This document shows positions 11,642 to 24,518 of a DNA stretch of 64,000 bases, one piece after another. How positions within the stretch are numbered: the first letter of the stretch is position 1; each line of letters opens with the position of its first letter. A program made the translations under genes and the position numbers. The notes under the pieces were generated by a model. It was not told where the DNA came from, searched no databases, and saw nothing but the letters and a program-made list of their open reading frames with translations. The stretch spans positions 194,680,001 through 194,744,000 of the forward strand of contig NW_027362770.1 in assembly GCF_046119375.1 (NCBI RefSeq). Reading direction: 5' to 3'. This DNA comes from Phyllobates terribilis. Its lineage: Eukaryota.

Positions 11642-12923
11642 AAGGCTCAGTATTGTGTGTGGCCTCCACGTGCCTGTATGACCTCCCTACAATGCCTGGG
11701 CATGCTCCTGATGAGGCTGAGTATTGTGTGTGGCCTCCACGTGCCTGTATGACTTCCCTACAACGCCTGGGCATGCTCCTGATGAGGATGAGTATTGTGT
11801 GTGGCCTCCACATGCCTGTATGACCTCCCTACAACGCCTGGGCATGCTCCTGATGAGGCTGAGTATTGTGTGGGGCCTCCACGTGCTTGTATGACCTCCC
11901 TACAATGCCTGGGCATGCTCCTGATGAGGCTGAGTATTGTGTGTGGCGTCCACGTGCCTGTATGACCTCCCTACAACGCCTGGGCATGCTCCTGATGAGT
12001 CTCAGTATTGTGTGTGGCCTACACGTGCCTGTATGACCTCCCTACAACGCCTGGGCATGCTCCTGATGAGGCTGAGTATTGTGTGTGGCCTCCACGTGCC
12101 TGTATGACCTCCCTACAACGCCTGGGCATGCTCCTGATGAGGCTGAGTATTGTGTGTGGCCTCCACGTGCCTGTATGACCTCCCTACAACGCCTGGGCAT
12201 GCTACTGATGAGGCTGAGTATTGTGTGTGGCCTCCACGTGCCTGTATGACCTCCCTACAACGCCTGGGCATGCTTCTGATGAGGCTGAGTATTGTGTGTG
12301 GCCTCCACATGCCTGTATGACCTCCCTACAACGCCTGGGCATGCTCCTAATGAGGCTGAGTATTGTGTGGGGCCTCCACGTGCTTGTATGACTTCTCTAC
12401 AATGCCTGGGCATGCTCCTGATGAGGCTGAGTTTTGTGTGTGGCCTCCACGTGCCTGTATGACCTCCCTACAACGCCTGGGCATGATCCAGATGAGGCTG
12501 AGTATTGTGTGTGGCCTCCACGTGCCTGTATGACCTCCCTACAACGCCTGGGCATGCTCCTGATGAGGCTGAGTATTGTGTGTGGCCTCCACGTGCCTGT
12601 ATGACCTCCCTACAACGCCTGGTCATGCTCCTGATGAGGCTGAGTATTGTGTGTGGCCTCCACGTGCCTGTATGACCTCCCTACAACGCCTGGGCATGCT
12701 CCTGATGAGGCTGAGCATTGTGTGTGGCCTCCACGTGCCTGTATGACCTCCCTACAACGCCTGGGCATGCTCCTGATGAGGCTGAGTATTGTGTGTGGCC
12801 TCCAAGTGCCTGTATGACCTCCCTACAACGCCTGGGCATGCTCCTGATGAGGCTGAGTATTGTGTGTGGCCTCCACGTGCCTGTATGACCTCCCTACAAT
12901 GTCTGGGCATGCTCCTGATGAGG
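11642..12923. repeat. 71-bp tandem repeat, 18 copies, derived from the Tc1 transposase 3' end
   Basis: Unit GAGGCTGAGTATTGTGTGTGGCCTCC...CATGCTCCTGAT; the minus strand encodes LIRSMPRRCREVIQARGGHTQY, the transposase C-terminus. Confidence 0.93.
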
Positions 12924-13874
12924 TTGCGAATGGTCTCCTGTGGGATCTCCTCCCAGACCTGGACTAAAGCATCCGCCAACTCCTGGATAGTCTGTGGTGC
13001 AACGTGACGTTGGTGGATGGAGCGAGACATGATGTCCCAGATGTGCTCAATCGGATTCAGGTCTGGGGAACGGGCGGTCAATAGCTTCAATGCCTTCATC
13101 TTGCAGGAACTGCTGACACACTCCAGCCACATGAGGTCTGGCATTGTCCTGCATTAGGAGGAACCCAGGGCCAACCGCACCAGCATATGGTCTCACAAGG
13201 GGTCTGAGGATCTCATCTCGGTACCTAATGGCAGTCAGGCTACCTTTGGCGAGCACATGGAGAGCTGTGCGCCCCTCCAAAGAAATGCCACCCCACACCA
13301 TTACTGACCCACTGCCAAACCGGTCATGCTGAAGGATGTTGCAGGCAGCAGATCGCCCTCCACGGCGTCTCCTGACTCTGTCACGTCTGTCACATGTGCA
13401 CAGTGTGAACCTGATTTCATCTGTGAAGAGCACAGGGCGCCAGTGGCCACTTTGCCAATCCTGGTGTTCTGTGGCAAATGCCAAGCGTCCTGCACAGTGT
13501 TGGGCTGTGAGCACAGCCCCCATCTGTGGATGTCGGGCCCTCATACCACCCTCATGGAGTCGGTTTCTAACCGTTTGTGCAGACACATGCACATTTGTGG
13601 CCTGCTGGAGGTCATTTTGCAGGGCTCTGTCAGTGGTCCACCTGTTCCTCCTTGAACAAAGGCAGAGGTAGCAGTCCCGCTGCTGGGTTGTTGCCCTCCT
13701 ACTGCCCCCTCCACGTCTCCTGGTGTACTGGCCTGTCTCCTGATAGCGCCTCCAGCCTCTGGACACTACGCTGACAGACACAGCAAACCTTCTTGCCACA
13801 GCTCGCATTGATGTGCCATCCTGGATGAGCTGCACTACCTGAGCAACTTCTGTGGGTTGTAGACACCGCCTCAT
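12854..13874 (-). pseudogene. Tc1 DD34E transposase, frameshifted
   Basis: HTH N-terminus, [15 protein letters not shown], then a frameshift near 13080 to [11 protein letters not shown]; the adjacent stop is altered to Ser by the repeat expansion. Confidence 0.92.
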
Positions 13875-14177
13875 GCTACTGTACCTCTAGGGGTGAGAGC
13901 AATGGCAAAATGAAAAAGTGACTAAAACAACAGCCAAAAAGGATGAGAACAGAGAAATGGTCTGTGGTCACCCTCTGCAGAACGGCTCATTTATAGAGGG
14001 TATCTTGCTAATTGCCGATCATTTCTACCAGTTGTTTGTTCCATTTGCGCAACAGCAGGAGACATTGATTCACAATCAGTGTTGCTTCATAACTGGACAG
14101 GTAGATTTCACAGAAGTGTTATTGACTTGGAGTTACATTGTGTTGTTTAAGTGTTTCCTTTATTTTTTTGAGCAGTG

Positions 14178-16230
14178 TAGTATAATGCACTCCCCATAGT
14201 CCTCCATATTGTATAATGCACTCTCCATAGTCCTCCATATTGTATAATGCACTCTCCATAGTCCTCCATATTGTATAATGCACTCTCCATAGTCCTCCAT
14301 ATTGTATAATGCACTCCCCATAGTCCTCCATATAGTATAATGCACTCCTCATAGCCCTCCATATTGTATAATGCACTCTCCATAGTCCTCCATATTGTAT
14401 AATGCACTCCTCATAGCCCTCCATATTGTATAATGCACTCTCCACAGTCCTCCATATTGTATAATGCACTCCCCACAGTCCTCCATATAGTATAATGCAC
14501 TCCTCATAGTCCTCCATACAGTATAATGCACTCCCCAAAGCCCTCCATATTGTATAATGCACTCCCCATAGTCCTCCATATTGTATAATGCACTCCTCAT
14601 AGTCCTCCATATTGTATAATGCACTCCTCATAGCCCTCCATATTGTATAATGCACTCCCAATAGTCCTCCATATTGTATAATGCACTCCCAATAGTCCTC
14701 CATATTGTATAATGCACTCCTCATAGCCCTCCATATTGTATAACGCACTCCCCATAGCCCTCCATATTGTATAATGAACTCCCCATAGTCCTCCATATTG
14801 TATAATGCACTCTCCATAGTCCTCCATATTGTATAATGCACTCCCCATAGTCCTCCATATAGTATAATGCACTCTCCATAGTCCTCCATATTGTATAATG
14901 CACTCCCCATAGTCCTCCATATTGTATAATGCACTCCTCATAGTCCTCCATATTGTATAATGCACTCCCCATAGTCCTCCATATTGTATAATGCACTCCC
15001 CATAGTCCTCCATATTGTATAATGCACTCCTCATCGTCCTCCATATTGTATAATGCACTCTGCATAGTCCTCCATATAGTATAATGCACTCTCCACAGTC
15101 CTCCATGTTGTATAATGCACTCCCCACAGTCCTCCATATTGTATAATGCACTCTCCATAGTCCTCCATATAGTATAATGCACTCCCAATAATCCTCCACA
15201 TAGTATAAATGCACTCCCCATAGTCCTCCATATTGTATAATGCACTCCTCATAGTCCTCCATATTGTATAATGCACTCTCCATAATCCTCCATATTGTAT
15301 AATGCACTCCCCATAGTCCTCCATATAGTATAATGCACTCCCCATAGCCCTCCATATTGTATAATGCACTCCTCATAGCCCTCCATATTGTATAATGCAC
15401 TCCCCATAGTCTTCCATATTGTATAATGCACTCCTCATAGCCCTCCATATTGTACAATGCACTCCCCATAGCCCTCCATATTGTATAATGCACTCCCCAT
15501 AGTCCTCCATATAGTATAATGCACTCCCCATATTCCTCCATATAGTATAATGCACTCCCCATAGTCCTCCATATTGTATAATGCACTCCCCATAGTCCTC
15601 CATATAGTATAATGCACTCCTCATAGCCCTCCATATTGTATAATGCACTCTCCATAGTCCTCCATATAGTATAATGCACTCTCCACAGTCCTCCATATTG
15701 TTTAATGCACTCCCCATAGTCCTCCATATTGTATAATGCCCTCCCAATAGTCCTCCATACAGTATAATGCACTCCTCATAGCCCTCCATATTGTATAATG
15801 CACTCTCCATAGTCCTCCATATAGTATAATGCACTCTCCACAGTCCTCCATATTGTATAATGCACTCCCCACAGTCCTCCATATTGTATAATGCACTCTC
15901 CATAGTCCTCCATATAGTATAATGCACTCCCAATAGTCCTCCACATAGTATAATGCACTACCCATAGTCCTCCATATTGTATAATACACTCCCCATAGTC
16001 TTCCATGTAGCATAATGTACTCCCCATCATCCTCCATGTAGTATAATGCACTCCCCATAGTCCTTCATATTGTATAATACACTCCCCATAGTCCTCCATG
16101 TAGTATAATGCACTCCCCATCATCCTCCATGTAGTATAATGCACAGCCGATAGTCATCCATGTAGTATAATACACTCCCCATAGTCCGCCATATTGTATA
16201 ATGTGCTCCATATTCATCCATGTAGTAGTA
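14178..16230. repeat. 31-bp minisatellite, about 65 copies (mostly ATTG/ATAG variants), degenerating at the right end
   Basis: Same unit family as 7247-7910; source of the spurious MEDYGECIIQYGGLW ORFs. Confidence 0.95.
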
Positions 16231-16547
16231 TGGCCACCGTGTACTCACTGATTTAAAAATATATAAATACTCACCTCTCATCTGCTCCCCCATCGCACAT
16301 CATCGTCTTCAGAAGATGGCAGCTGACTTCAGTGTGCATGAGATGGGAGCGCAAGAAGTCACTGCCATGTGGCCCCTGATTGGCCGGCAGCGTGTATTGC
16401 CGCTCATGGACCTGACGTGTGTGCGATGCATATCTGTCTGTGCGGGCCCCTCACCTGCCAGGCCGGTCGTGGTGGTGACCGCTGTGACTGCGGTAGTTAC
16501 TCTCCTGGGTCTGGAGGAGGGGGAGGACAGAGGGGTCTGGAGGAAGG

Positions 16548-16665
16548 CCTAGCCCCAACTTTAATACAAGCCCAACCCTAATCCAACTCTAGCCTAACCC
16601 TACCCTAACCCTAGCCCTACCCTAGCCCAGCCTTAACCCTAATCCTTGCACAACCCTAACCCTAG
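16548..16665. repeat. Degenerate (CCCTAA/CCCTAG)-like low-complexity tract
   Basis: AACCCTAATCC...CCTAACCCTACCCTAACCCTAGCCCT; only a few perfect hexamers. Confidence 0.6.
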
Positions 16666-17870
16666 AGTTTATTTTTTACACCGTTCCTCGTGCGGTATAA
16701 GTGATTAGACGACTTTATTCTTCGGGTCGGTGCGATTACAGCGATACCAGATTCATATCGGGTTTTTATGATTGACAGCTGTCACACACTAAAAGACGCT
16801 TTTTCTTGCAAAGACTACTTTTTGCATCGCCATATTTTGAGAGCTATAATTTTTCCATATTTTGGCCGACAGTCATGTGACGGCTCGTTTTTTGCGGGAT
16901 TAGTTGACGTTGTTATTGGTGCCATTTTCGGGCACGTGACATTTTTTGATCGCTTTTTATTCCGATTTTTGGGAGGCAGAATAAACAATAACCAGCAATT
17001 CAGGAATTGGTTACTTGTTTTTTTTTTATGCTGTTAAGTTGATAAGGCAGATTTATTCTTCGGGTCAGTACGTTTACAGCGGTACCGCATTTATATAGTT
17101 TTTTTTAATGTTTTGGCGCTTTTACACTATAAAAACTATTTTACAGAAAAAATAATTGTTTTTGCATCGCTTTATTCTGAGAGCTATAACTTTTTGATTT
17201 TTCGGCTGATGCAGCTGTATGGAAGCTTGATTTTTTGCGGGACAAGATGACGCTTTCAGCGGTACCAGGTCGTTCCAGACGCGGTTATACCAAATATGTG
17301 TACTTTTGTTGGTTTATTTTTTTTTTTTCATAAGATTATTTATTTATGGGTACAATATATTTTTATTTTTTTATTATTATTTTTCTCATTTCTTTTATAT
17401 TTTTACAATTTTATTTATTTTTTCACTTCTTGACACTTTTTGATCCTTTACACATTGCCCACTATGGGACTTTCACTTTTTGCAGCCTGATCGTCTGTAT
17501 GGCATAGGGATGCAGCACCATCCCTGTGCTATGCAAGCTGTCAGCGCTGCACAGGGAGAAGTTACTTTGGTCGCGCACTGCACATGACCAAAGTAACTTC
17601 CTGCCTCCTGGTGACCCGGATGTTGTCATGATGACATCGGGTCACCATGACAACATCCTGGACAGTACTCAGACGCCGGCAGAGAAGGCAAGTATCGCAC
17701 TTACCTCCTCTTGCCACCAGGTGTCAGCTGTGACAATCAGCTGACACCCAGCGGCGCTCTTGCCCACACCACTTGTGTGCGGGCAAAATTGCCAAAGCGT
17801 ACTAATACGTATCTGGCCCATAAGGCTCAGGGGGCAGATAAGTATTAGTACGCCTTGGTCCGGAAAGGGG
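16666..17870 (-). mobile_element. TTAA piggyBac-like non-autonomous element, one end only
   Basis: Ends ...CGGAAAGGGG-TTAA (17871-17874); 16666-16900 is an inverted homolog of about 19860-20040. Confidence 0.65.
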
Positions 17871-17874
17871 TTAA

Positions 17875-18490
17875 ATCCAACTTGGAGAATACCTTAGCTC
17901 CCTAAACCTGGCTGAATAAATCAGGAATCAGGGGAAGAGGGTATAGATCACGGAGGGTAATTTGATTTAATACCCGAAAATCTAAACAGGGACGTAGACG
18001 GCCATCTTTTTTCTTCACAGAGAAGAACCCTGCCACCACGGGCGAAGATGAGGGTCTGATATGTCCCTTCTCCAGACTTTCTGCAATGAAATCCTTCATG
18101 GCTTGTCTCTTAGTGCCAGAAAGATTATACAGTCTGGACTTCGGTAGTTTAGCTCCGGGGGTCAGGTTAATAGGACAGTCATAAGCACGATGAGGAGGCA
18201 AATCCTGACACCACTTCTCAGAAAAAAACGTCCTCAAAACCAAACAGAGAAGCAGATACAATTTCTGTAGAGACAGTAGCAAGGGAAATATCTAAACAGC
18301 TCTCACGGCAATAATCTTACCCAACAAATAATCTCGTCGGTTTGCCAATCCACCAACGGATTATGTTTCACCAGCCAAGGTATACCCAAAACAATCGGTG
18401 TGGGAAGATTGTCCACGACATAGCAAGGGATTATTTCACAATAAATCGACCCCACTCTCAGTTTGACATAATGTACAATATGAGTAAATG
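17875..18490 (-). pseudogene. Ty3/Gypsy LTR retrotransposon pol fragment (RT N-terminus)
   Basis: ORF 17902-18282: [13 protein letters not shown]...[10 protein letters not shown]...[24 protein letters not shown]...YPLPLI. Confidence 0.88.
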
Positions 18491-18620
18491 TTTAAGAATT
18501 TTGGATAACTAGAGGAGGAAGACATGTGAAGATTCAAACTTCAAGGTTAGATTTCAGAAAGGCAGATTTTAAGCTACTCAGAAAGAGAATAGGAGGGATC
18601 CAGTGGCTGGATGTCCTTAA

Positions 18621-21600
18621 CCAGTTCCCGACCGCCCACTGTAGATAAACATCGGCGCTTGCTGGGCTCTGTGCAGCGCCGACGTTTAAAAATGGTGGGT
18701 GGTCTCGCAGCGCTCAGGACCCCCAGGGTCCTGCAAGCGCTGCGATTCCGGTGCAGAGCGTTAGCTCTGACAAGGGACATCATCGGGACCTGATTGGATC
18801 AGGTCCCAGTGATGTTAACACTTTGCTATGTTCTATATGCTGCGATCTATAGTGATCGCGGCATATAGAAGATAGACAGAGGAGAGGGGGTCGTCTTACT
18901 TACCTCTCCGACGACCCCTGATACCTTCCAGGACATGGGGTTGCTATGGCAGCTGGAGGTCACATGACCGCCTCCAGATCTGCCATATATGGTGTCCTGC
19001 CTGGCTTAGCCTGCAGCTGAAGCCTGGCAGGAGACTGACTGTGAAACAGTCAGGGAAGATCTCATGTAATGTAATACATGTCTATTACATTACATGAGAT
19101 CAGTGATCAGAAAAATAAAAATTAATGTCCCATACAGGGACTAAGTAAAAATGTAAAAAAAAAGTAAAAAAAATGTTTTTAAACTGTTAAAAAAAAAAAT
19201 CACAAAATAAATAAATAAAATATTAAACCAATAAATCCGTATATTTTTACAAAAGCAAAAAAAGTACACATATTTGGTATCACCGCGTCCGAAACAACCC
19301 GAGCTATAAAACTGTCACACTAATTAACTCCTTCTGTGCACACCGTAATAAAAATAAATAAAAAACGGAGCAAAAAAATATGCTTTTTCATCATATCGCC
19401 AAACAAAAAGTGGAAAAAAATGCGATCAAAAAGCAAAATAGAAATAAAAATGGTACCGCTGAAAACATCATCTTGTTCCGCAAAAAAAAAGCTGCCATAC
19501 AGCTCCATCAGCCGAAAAATAAAAAAGTTATAGCGCTCAGAATAAAGCAATGCAAAAAAAATATTTTTTTCTATAAAATTGTTTTATTGTGTAAAAGCGC
19601 CAAAACATAAAAAAATATACAGTAAGTGTAGTATCGCTGTGAACGTACTGACCCGAAGAATAACGCTGCCTGATTACTTTTACCACACAGAGAACGGCAT
19701 AAAAAAACCCCTCAAAAAACAATTCCTGAATTGTTGTTTTTTGTTAATTTTACCTCCCAAAAAACGGAATAGAAAGCGATTAAAAAATGTCACGTACCCC
19801 AAAATGGTACCAATAAAAACGTCAACTCATCCCGCAAAAAACAAGCCGTCACATGACTCTGTCGGCCGAAATATGGAAAAATTATAGCTCTCAAAATACG
19901 GTGATGCAAAAACTAGATTTTGCAAAAAAAAGCGTCTCTTAGTGTGTGACAGCTGTCAGTCATAAAAACCCGATATAAATCTGGTATCTCTGTAATCGCA
20001 CCGACCCGAAGAATAAAGTAACGAGGAACGGCGTAAAAAATAAATAAAACCAATTCTTCACCTGCTACTGATTTGTTTATTATGTCTCCCAAAGATCGCA
20101 GTAAGGCTCTGCTCACATTTATCCTGCGCTCTGCGCTGAGCACTTACACAAGTGTAAATCTCTGAAATAGGTGATTCAGCCGGAACCCATGACGGAAGAT
20201 TCCCTGTAATGAGGCAGATATAGGCCACTGTGAATGCCATCTAGCCTGGGATCCCACGGTGTCATTTGTTTTAGGCGTGCATAAGTGCGGTTGGCCACAG
20301 TTTTGTGCACTTCTGAAAAAAGGACACCGCTAAACAGAGGCCAGACGGAGTCCAGAGTAACTCTGCTGCCTCATTACAGTGAATGGATCCGGCAGGGGTT
20401 TCATCTGAATTACATCACTTGGAAATTTAGATGGAAACCCCGATGTAAGTGCTCAGCCTAGAGCGCCGGATAAATATTACGTAAAATGTTCCCAATAAAA
20501 GCTTCAACTCAGTCCTCAAAAAAAGCTAGTCCCCACTCAGGTCCGTCATCTGTTAAAAATATAAGGGACTTCCAAGTTACTGGTAGCAGAAAGGCTCTGG
20601 AAAAGCGAAATGGCCCTTGCCCCCCAAAAGAAATTCAGAAAATTTTCTGCTCCCAAATCCAAATGCCTAATCTACAATAATTTGTTCTCCAATTGTCAAA
20701 TAGCGCTCCGTCCCCCCCAGATCTCGCCGTATGGCTGAGCGGTACGATACAGCCACATATGGGGTATTGCCACTTTTAGAAGAAATTGTGTGACGCATTT
20801 CCGCACCATTTTTACCCATTGCCCTGTGTGAAAATGCAAAATCTGAGGGTAAAACATTTTTTTGTGGTAAAAATATAATTATGCTTTTTTCACTGCCCAA
20901 TGGTATAAATTTAAAAATTAAAAAATACTTACTACTTCCCTAGATGAATTCCTTGAGAGGTGTAGTTTACAAAATGGGGTCACTTGTGGGGGTTTCTGCT
21001 GTTTCGGCATGTCAGCGACTCTTCAAATGTGACATGGTGTCTGCCACCTATCCCAGCCAACATAGCGCTCCTTTCTCTTCCGAACCCTGCCGTGCGCCCA
21101 AACAGTGTTTTTCCTCCACATATGGGGTATCGGCGTACTCAGGAGAAATTGTACAACAAATTTCATGGTGCAATTTATCCTATTACCCTTATGATAATGC
21201 AAAATTAAGGGATGAAAAACGTTTTTGTGGGAAAAATGTGAAAATGTTATTTTTACAGCTCAATATTATAAACTTCTGTGAAGCACCTGGGGGTGCAAGG
21301 TGCTCACCACACATCTATATAAGTTCCCTAAGGGGTCTAGTTTCCAAAATGGTGTCACTTGTGGGGGGTTTCCACTGTTTAGGCACATCAGGAGCTCCCC
21401 AAATGCAACATGGTGTCCGCTAATTATTCAAACAAATTTTACATTCAAATAGTCTAATGGCGCTCCTTGCCTTCCAAACCCTGCCGTGCGCCCAAACAGT
21501 GGTTTTCCCTCACATATGGGGTATCAGCACGCTCAAGAGAAATTGCACAAAAAAATTTGGGGTCCATTTTTTCCTGTTACCCCTGTGAAAATAAAAAAAA

Positions 21601-22111
21601 TTGGGTCTAAAATAACATTTTTGTGAAAAAAGTTAAATGTTAATTTTTTTCTTCCACATTCCAAAAATTCCTGTGAAGCACCTGAAGGGTTAATAAAGTT
21701 CTTGAATGTGGTTTTGAGCACCTTGAGGGGTGCCGTTTTTAGAATGGTGTCACTTATAGCTCCCTAATAAAAAAAAAAAATTGTGCTGATGTAAAGTAGA
21801 CATGTGGGAAATGTTATTTATTAGGTATTTTGTGTGACATATCGCTCTGATTTAAGGGCATGAAAATTCAAAGTTTGAAAATTGCAGTTTTCAAAATTTT
21901 CGCCAAATTTCCGATTTTTTCACAAATAAACACAAGTGATATCGAAGAAATTTTACCACAATCATGAAGTACAATATGTCACGAAAAAACAATCTCAGAA
22001 TCAGGGGGATCCGTTGAAGCTCCAGAGTAATTACATCATAAAGTGACAGTGGTCAGAATTGAAAAAATTGGCCCGGTCACGAAGGCAAAAACAGGCTCTG
22101 GCACGAAGTGG
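18621..22111 (+). mobile_element. Complete TTAA piggyBac-like non-autonomous element, about 3.5 kb
   Basis: TTAA duplicated at 18617-18620 and 22112-22115, at a site that is single in the intact CR1 (TGTCCTTAAGGAC); imperfect TIRs CCAGTTC and CCACTTC; internal about 400-bp subrepeats; no transposase. Confidence 0.85.
20105..20478. mobile_element. Palindromic MITE (Harbinger-like), right end truncated
   Basis: TAA-GGCTCTGCTCACA start; ATTTATCCTGCGCTCTGCGCTGAGCACTTACA is inverted at about 20447-20478; inner inverted pair CTGTAATGAGGCA. Confidence 0.6.
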
Positions 22112-24518
22112 TTAAGGACAAAAATGTCCAGGAAAGATGGGAAATTTTTAAAAATGAGATTCTCAAAGCACAATCGTTAACAATCCCGAAAAGTAGGAAG
22201 AATGGGAAGCATTTAAGGAAACCAGGATGGATGAACACAGAACTTAAACACATGCTAAAAAGAAAGAAAGAAATGTTTATCAAATGGAAAGAGGGAGGCA
22301 TATCTAAAGAAGATTATAACGCAGTCTGCAGAACCTGCAGGGCACGTATCAGGTTAGCTCTCAGGTTAGTTAGACTGAGATGAGACTTAATAGCTGTCTA
22401 CAAATATGTCAAGGGCTGTCACATTGTAGAAGGATCATCTTTATTCTCATTTGCACAAGGAAAGACTAGAAGCAATGGGATGAAACTGAATGGGAGGAGA
22501 CACAGATTAGATATTAGAAAAAACTTTTTGACAGTGAGGAGATCAATGAGAGGAACAGGCGGCCACGAGAGGTGGTGAGGTCTCCTTCAATGGACGTCTT
22601 CAATCAGAGGCTGGACAGACATCTGTCTGAGATGGTTTAGTGAATCCTGCTTTGAGCAGGGGGTTGGACCAGATGACCCAGGAGGTCCCCTCCAACTCTA
22701 CCATTCTATGATTTTCTGTGCAAGTGGCGCCGAGTCAATGGCAAGGATGGGAATAGGCTCAGTTAAAGCACAAGCAACCAAAACCATGAGTTTTCACAAA
22801 CTCAGCATCAACCATGCTGACTCCAGCTCCACTGTCAACAAACACAGAAATGTTTTTGGTTTTGCTCTATAGCACCACCTCTGCTGTCAGGAAAAAGCGG
22901 GAACTGCAGTTTGGCCACAAATGCACCGCTTGTTTATCCAACTCCAGACTACCAAGAGTTAAATGGAGTCTCCTTTTGTTTAGAAATTGAAAGACAGGTC
23001 CCAACAAAGTGTCCATTTTTCCCACAAAAAAAACATACGCCTCTTTTCTTTTGAGTCTCTGGGGAGATGTATGATGTAGAGACACCCCCTAACTGCATAC
23101 CAGTACCTCCCCCAGTACTGGTTCACCCTCAGACCGCTCCCCTGCCAAAGGTACACAACCCCAACAAGAAGGCCCCGGAGAAGAAGGTCGCACCCGTCAA
23201 TCCCGAAGGCGCCTATCCAGACGTATGGCCAACGACATGGCAGCCTCCAAAGACTGAGGGGTATCATATACCGATAAGGCATCTTTCAACCTTTCCGTTA
23301 GCCCCTCACAAAATTGACTCCTAAGTAGTTAAAGGCGAGCACTAAAATGCTCGGGTGCTCGATGCTCGGGTCGAGCACATTGGAGTACTCGGGTGCTCGA
23401 CCCGAGCGACGAGCCCAATGTAAGTCTGTGGGAAACTCGAGCATTTTTCACGCGGCTCCCCCCGGTGGTCTGCAGAGGGCCTAAAAATTGCCCAAATCGA
23501 TGGGAACAGTGCTCAAATGACATGGGAACAGCATGGGGAAGACCCCTGGAAGCATCTGACTCCCAGGTCACTGCTGTCAGCAACGTGGTCAGAGTATTAA
23601 GCCACTTTTACGGACTCACAATAAAACATACTAAAACAAAAACAAAATAGATTTTCCTGGGTAATATGTTAAGGAACATCCTTTCCAGGGTAATGACTTG
23701 TATATAAGGCAAAATAAATAACCAAAACCAAAAATGCTCCTCCACAACTTGGGCTATGTTCATACGTAGCGTTTTTGATGCGTTTTGCGCTTTTACATTG
23801 CTTTCAACCAAGACAAATGCATTCAACGGGAAATGTTAAAATGACACTTTACTACCTTATCTGGCCATGTGGTGTGTGACACATCATCAGACACATCCTG
23901 TTTCATTTATGATGGAGGGACTCTGAAAGTCACAAAGCCTATTTTTATAGGGCCATCAGGAGGACCTTACTATTCTTAGAGAGCCATCAGCTGGCTATAT
24001 TTTATGGTTCCCATTACTAAAGAGTGGGTCTCCTATACTGTTATTGTGTATGCAGTGAGTGCCAGGGCAGCCCAAAATTTGGCCGCACCCCAATACCCCT
24101 TTGAAGAGACTTAGAGGCGGGCCTCCTGAAAACAATGTTCCCATTATTAGGAAGTAGGTCTCCCATACTGTTTGACTATGCAGTGAATGCAAGGGCTGCC
24201 AAAAATTGGGAGGAACTCCAATGCGCCTTGGAAGAGACGTGGAGGAGGGCCTCATAAAAAAATGTTCCCATTAGAAAGGAGCGGGTCTCCTATACTTGTA
24301 ATGCCCATGCACTAAGTGTATGGGCTGACAAATATTATACATGAATATACTGTATACATTTTTTTTTTTTTTTACGGACATCATAAACACCATTTAAAAA
24401 CAAAATTATGTGGGTGTTGCATCACGGAAATAGCCAAAATCAGGAAGCGTATGCCCATGTGTGGGTGTGAAGAGGTGCATGGGAATACACCTCCCAAGAA
24501 AAGACACTGTATTTGAGT

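Larger units (their letters stand above)
7911..14177 (-). mobile_element. Tc1/mariner transposon, both TIRs present, inserted at TA in the 31-bp satellite
   Basis: TIRs CACTGCTCAAAAAAATAAAG at both ends, TA duplication at 7909-7910 and 14178-14179, DDE transposase remnant; enlarged by a Helitron and a 71-bp VNTR. Confidence 0.93.
18495..22713 (+). mobile_element. 5'-truncated, internally deleted CR1 LINE, split by a piggyBac-like insertion
   Basis: 18495-18620 matches about 29445-29569; 22116-22358 matches about 29570-29812, then jumps to about 31300 (RT domain deleted); ends ATTCTATGATT. Confidence 0.9.

Noticed and set aside
14119-16144. Long ORFs (up to 391 aa) of MEDYGECIIQYGGLW type
   Set aside because: Translation of a 31-bp satellite whose period cycles through all frames; no coding evidence.
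16548-16665. Interstitial telomere or fusion site
   Set aside because: Highly degenerate, short, single orientation and contiguous with a non-autonomous transposon.
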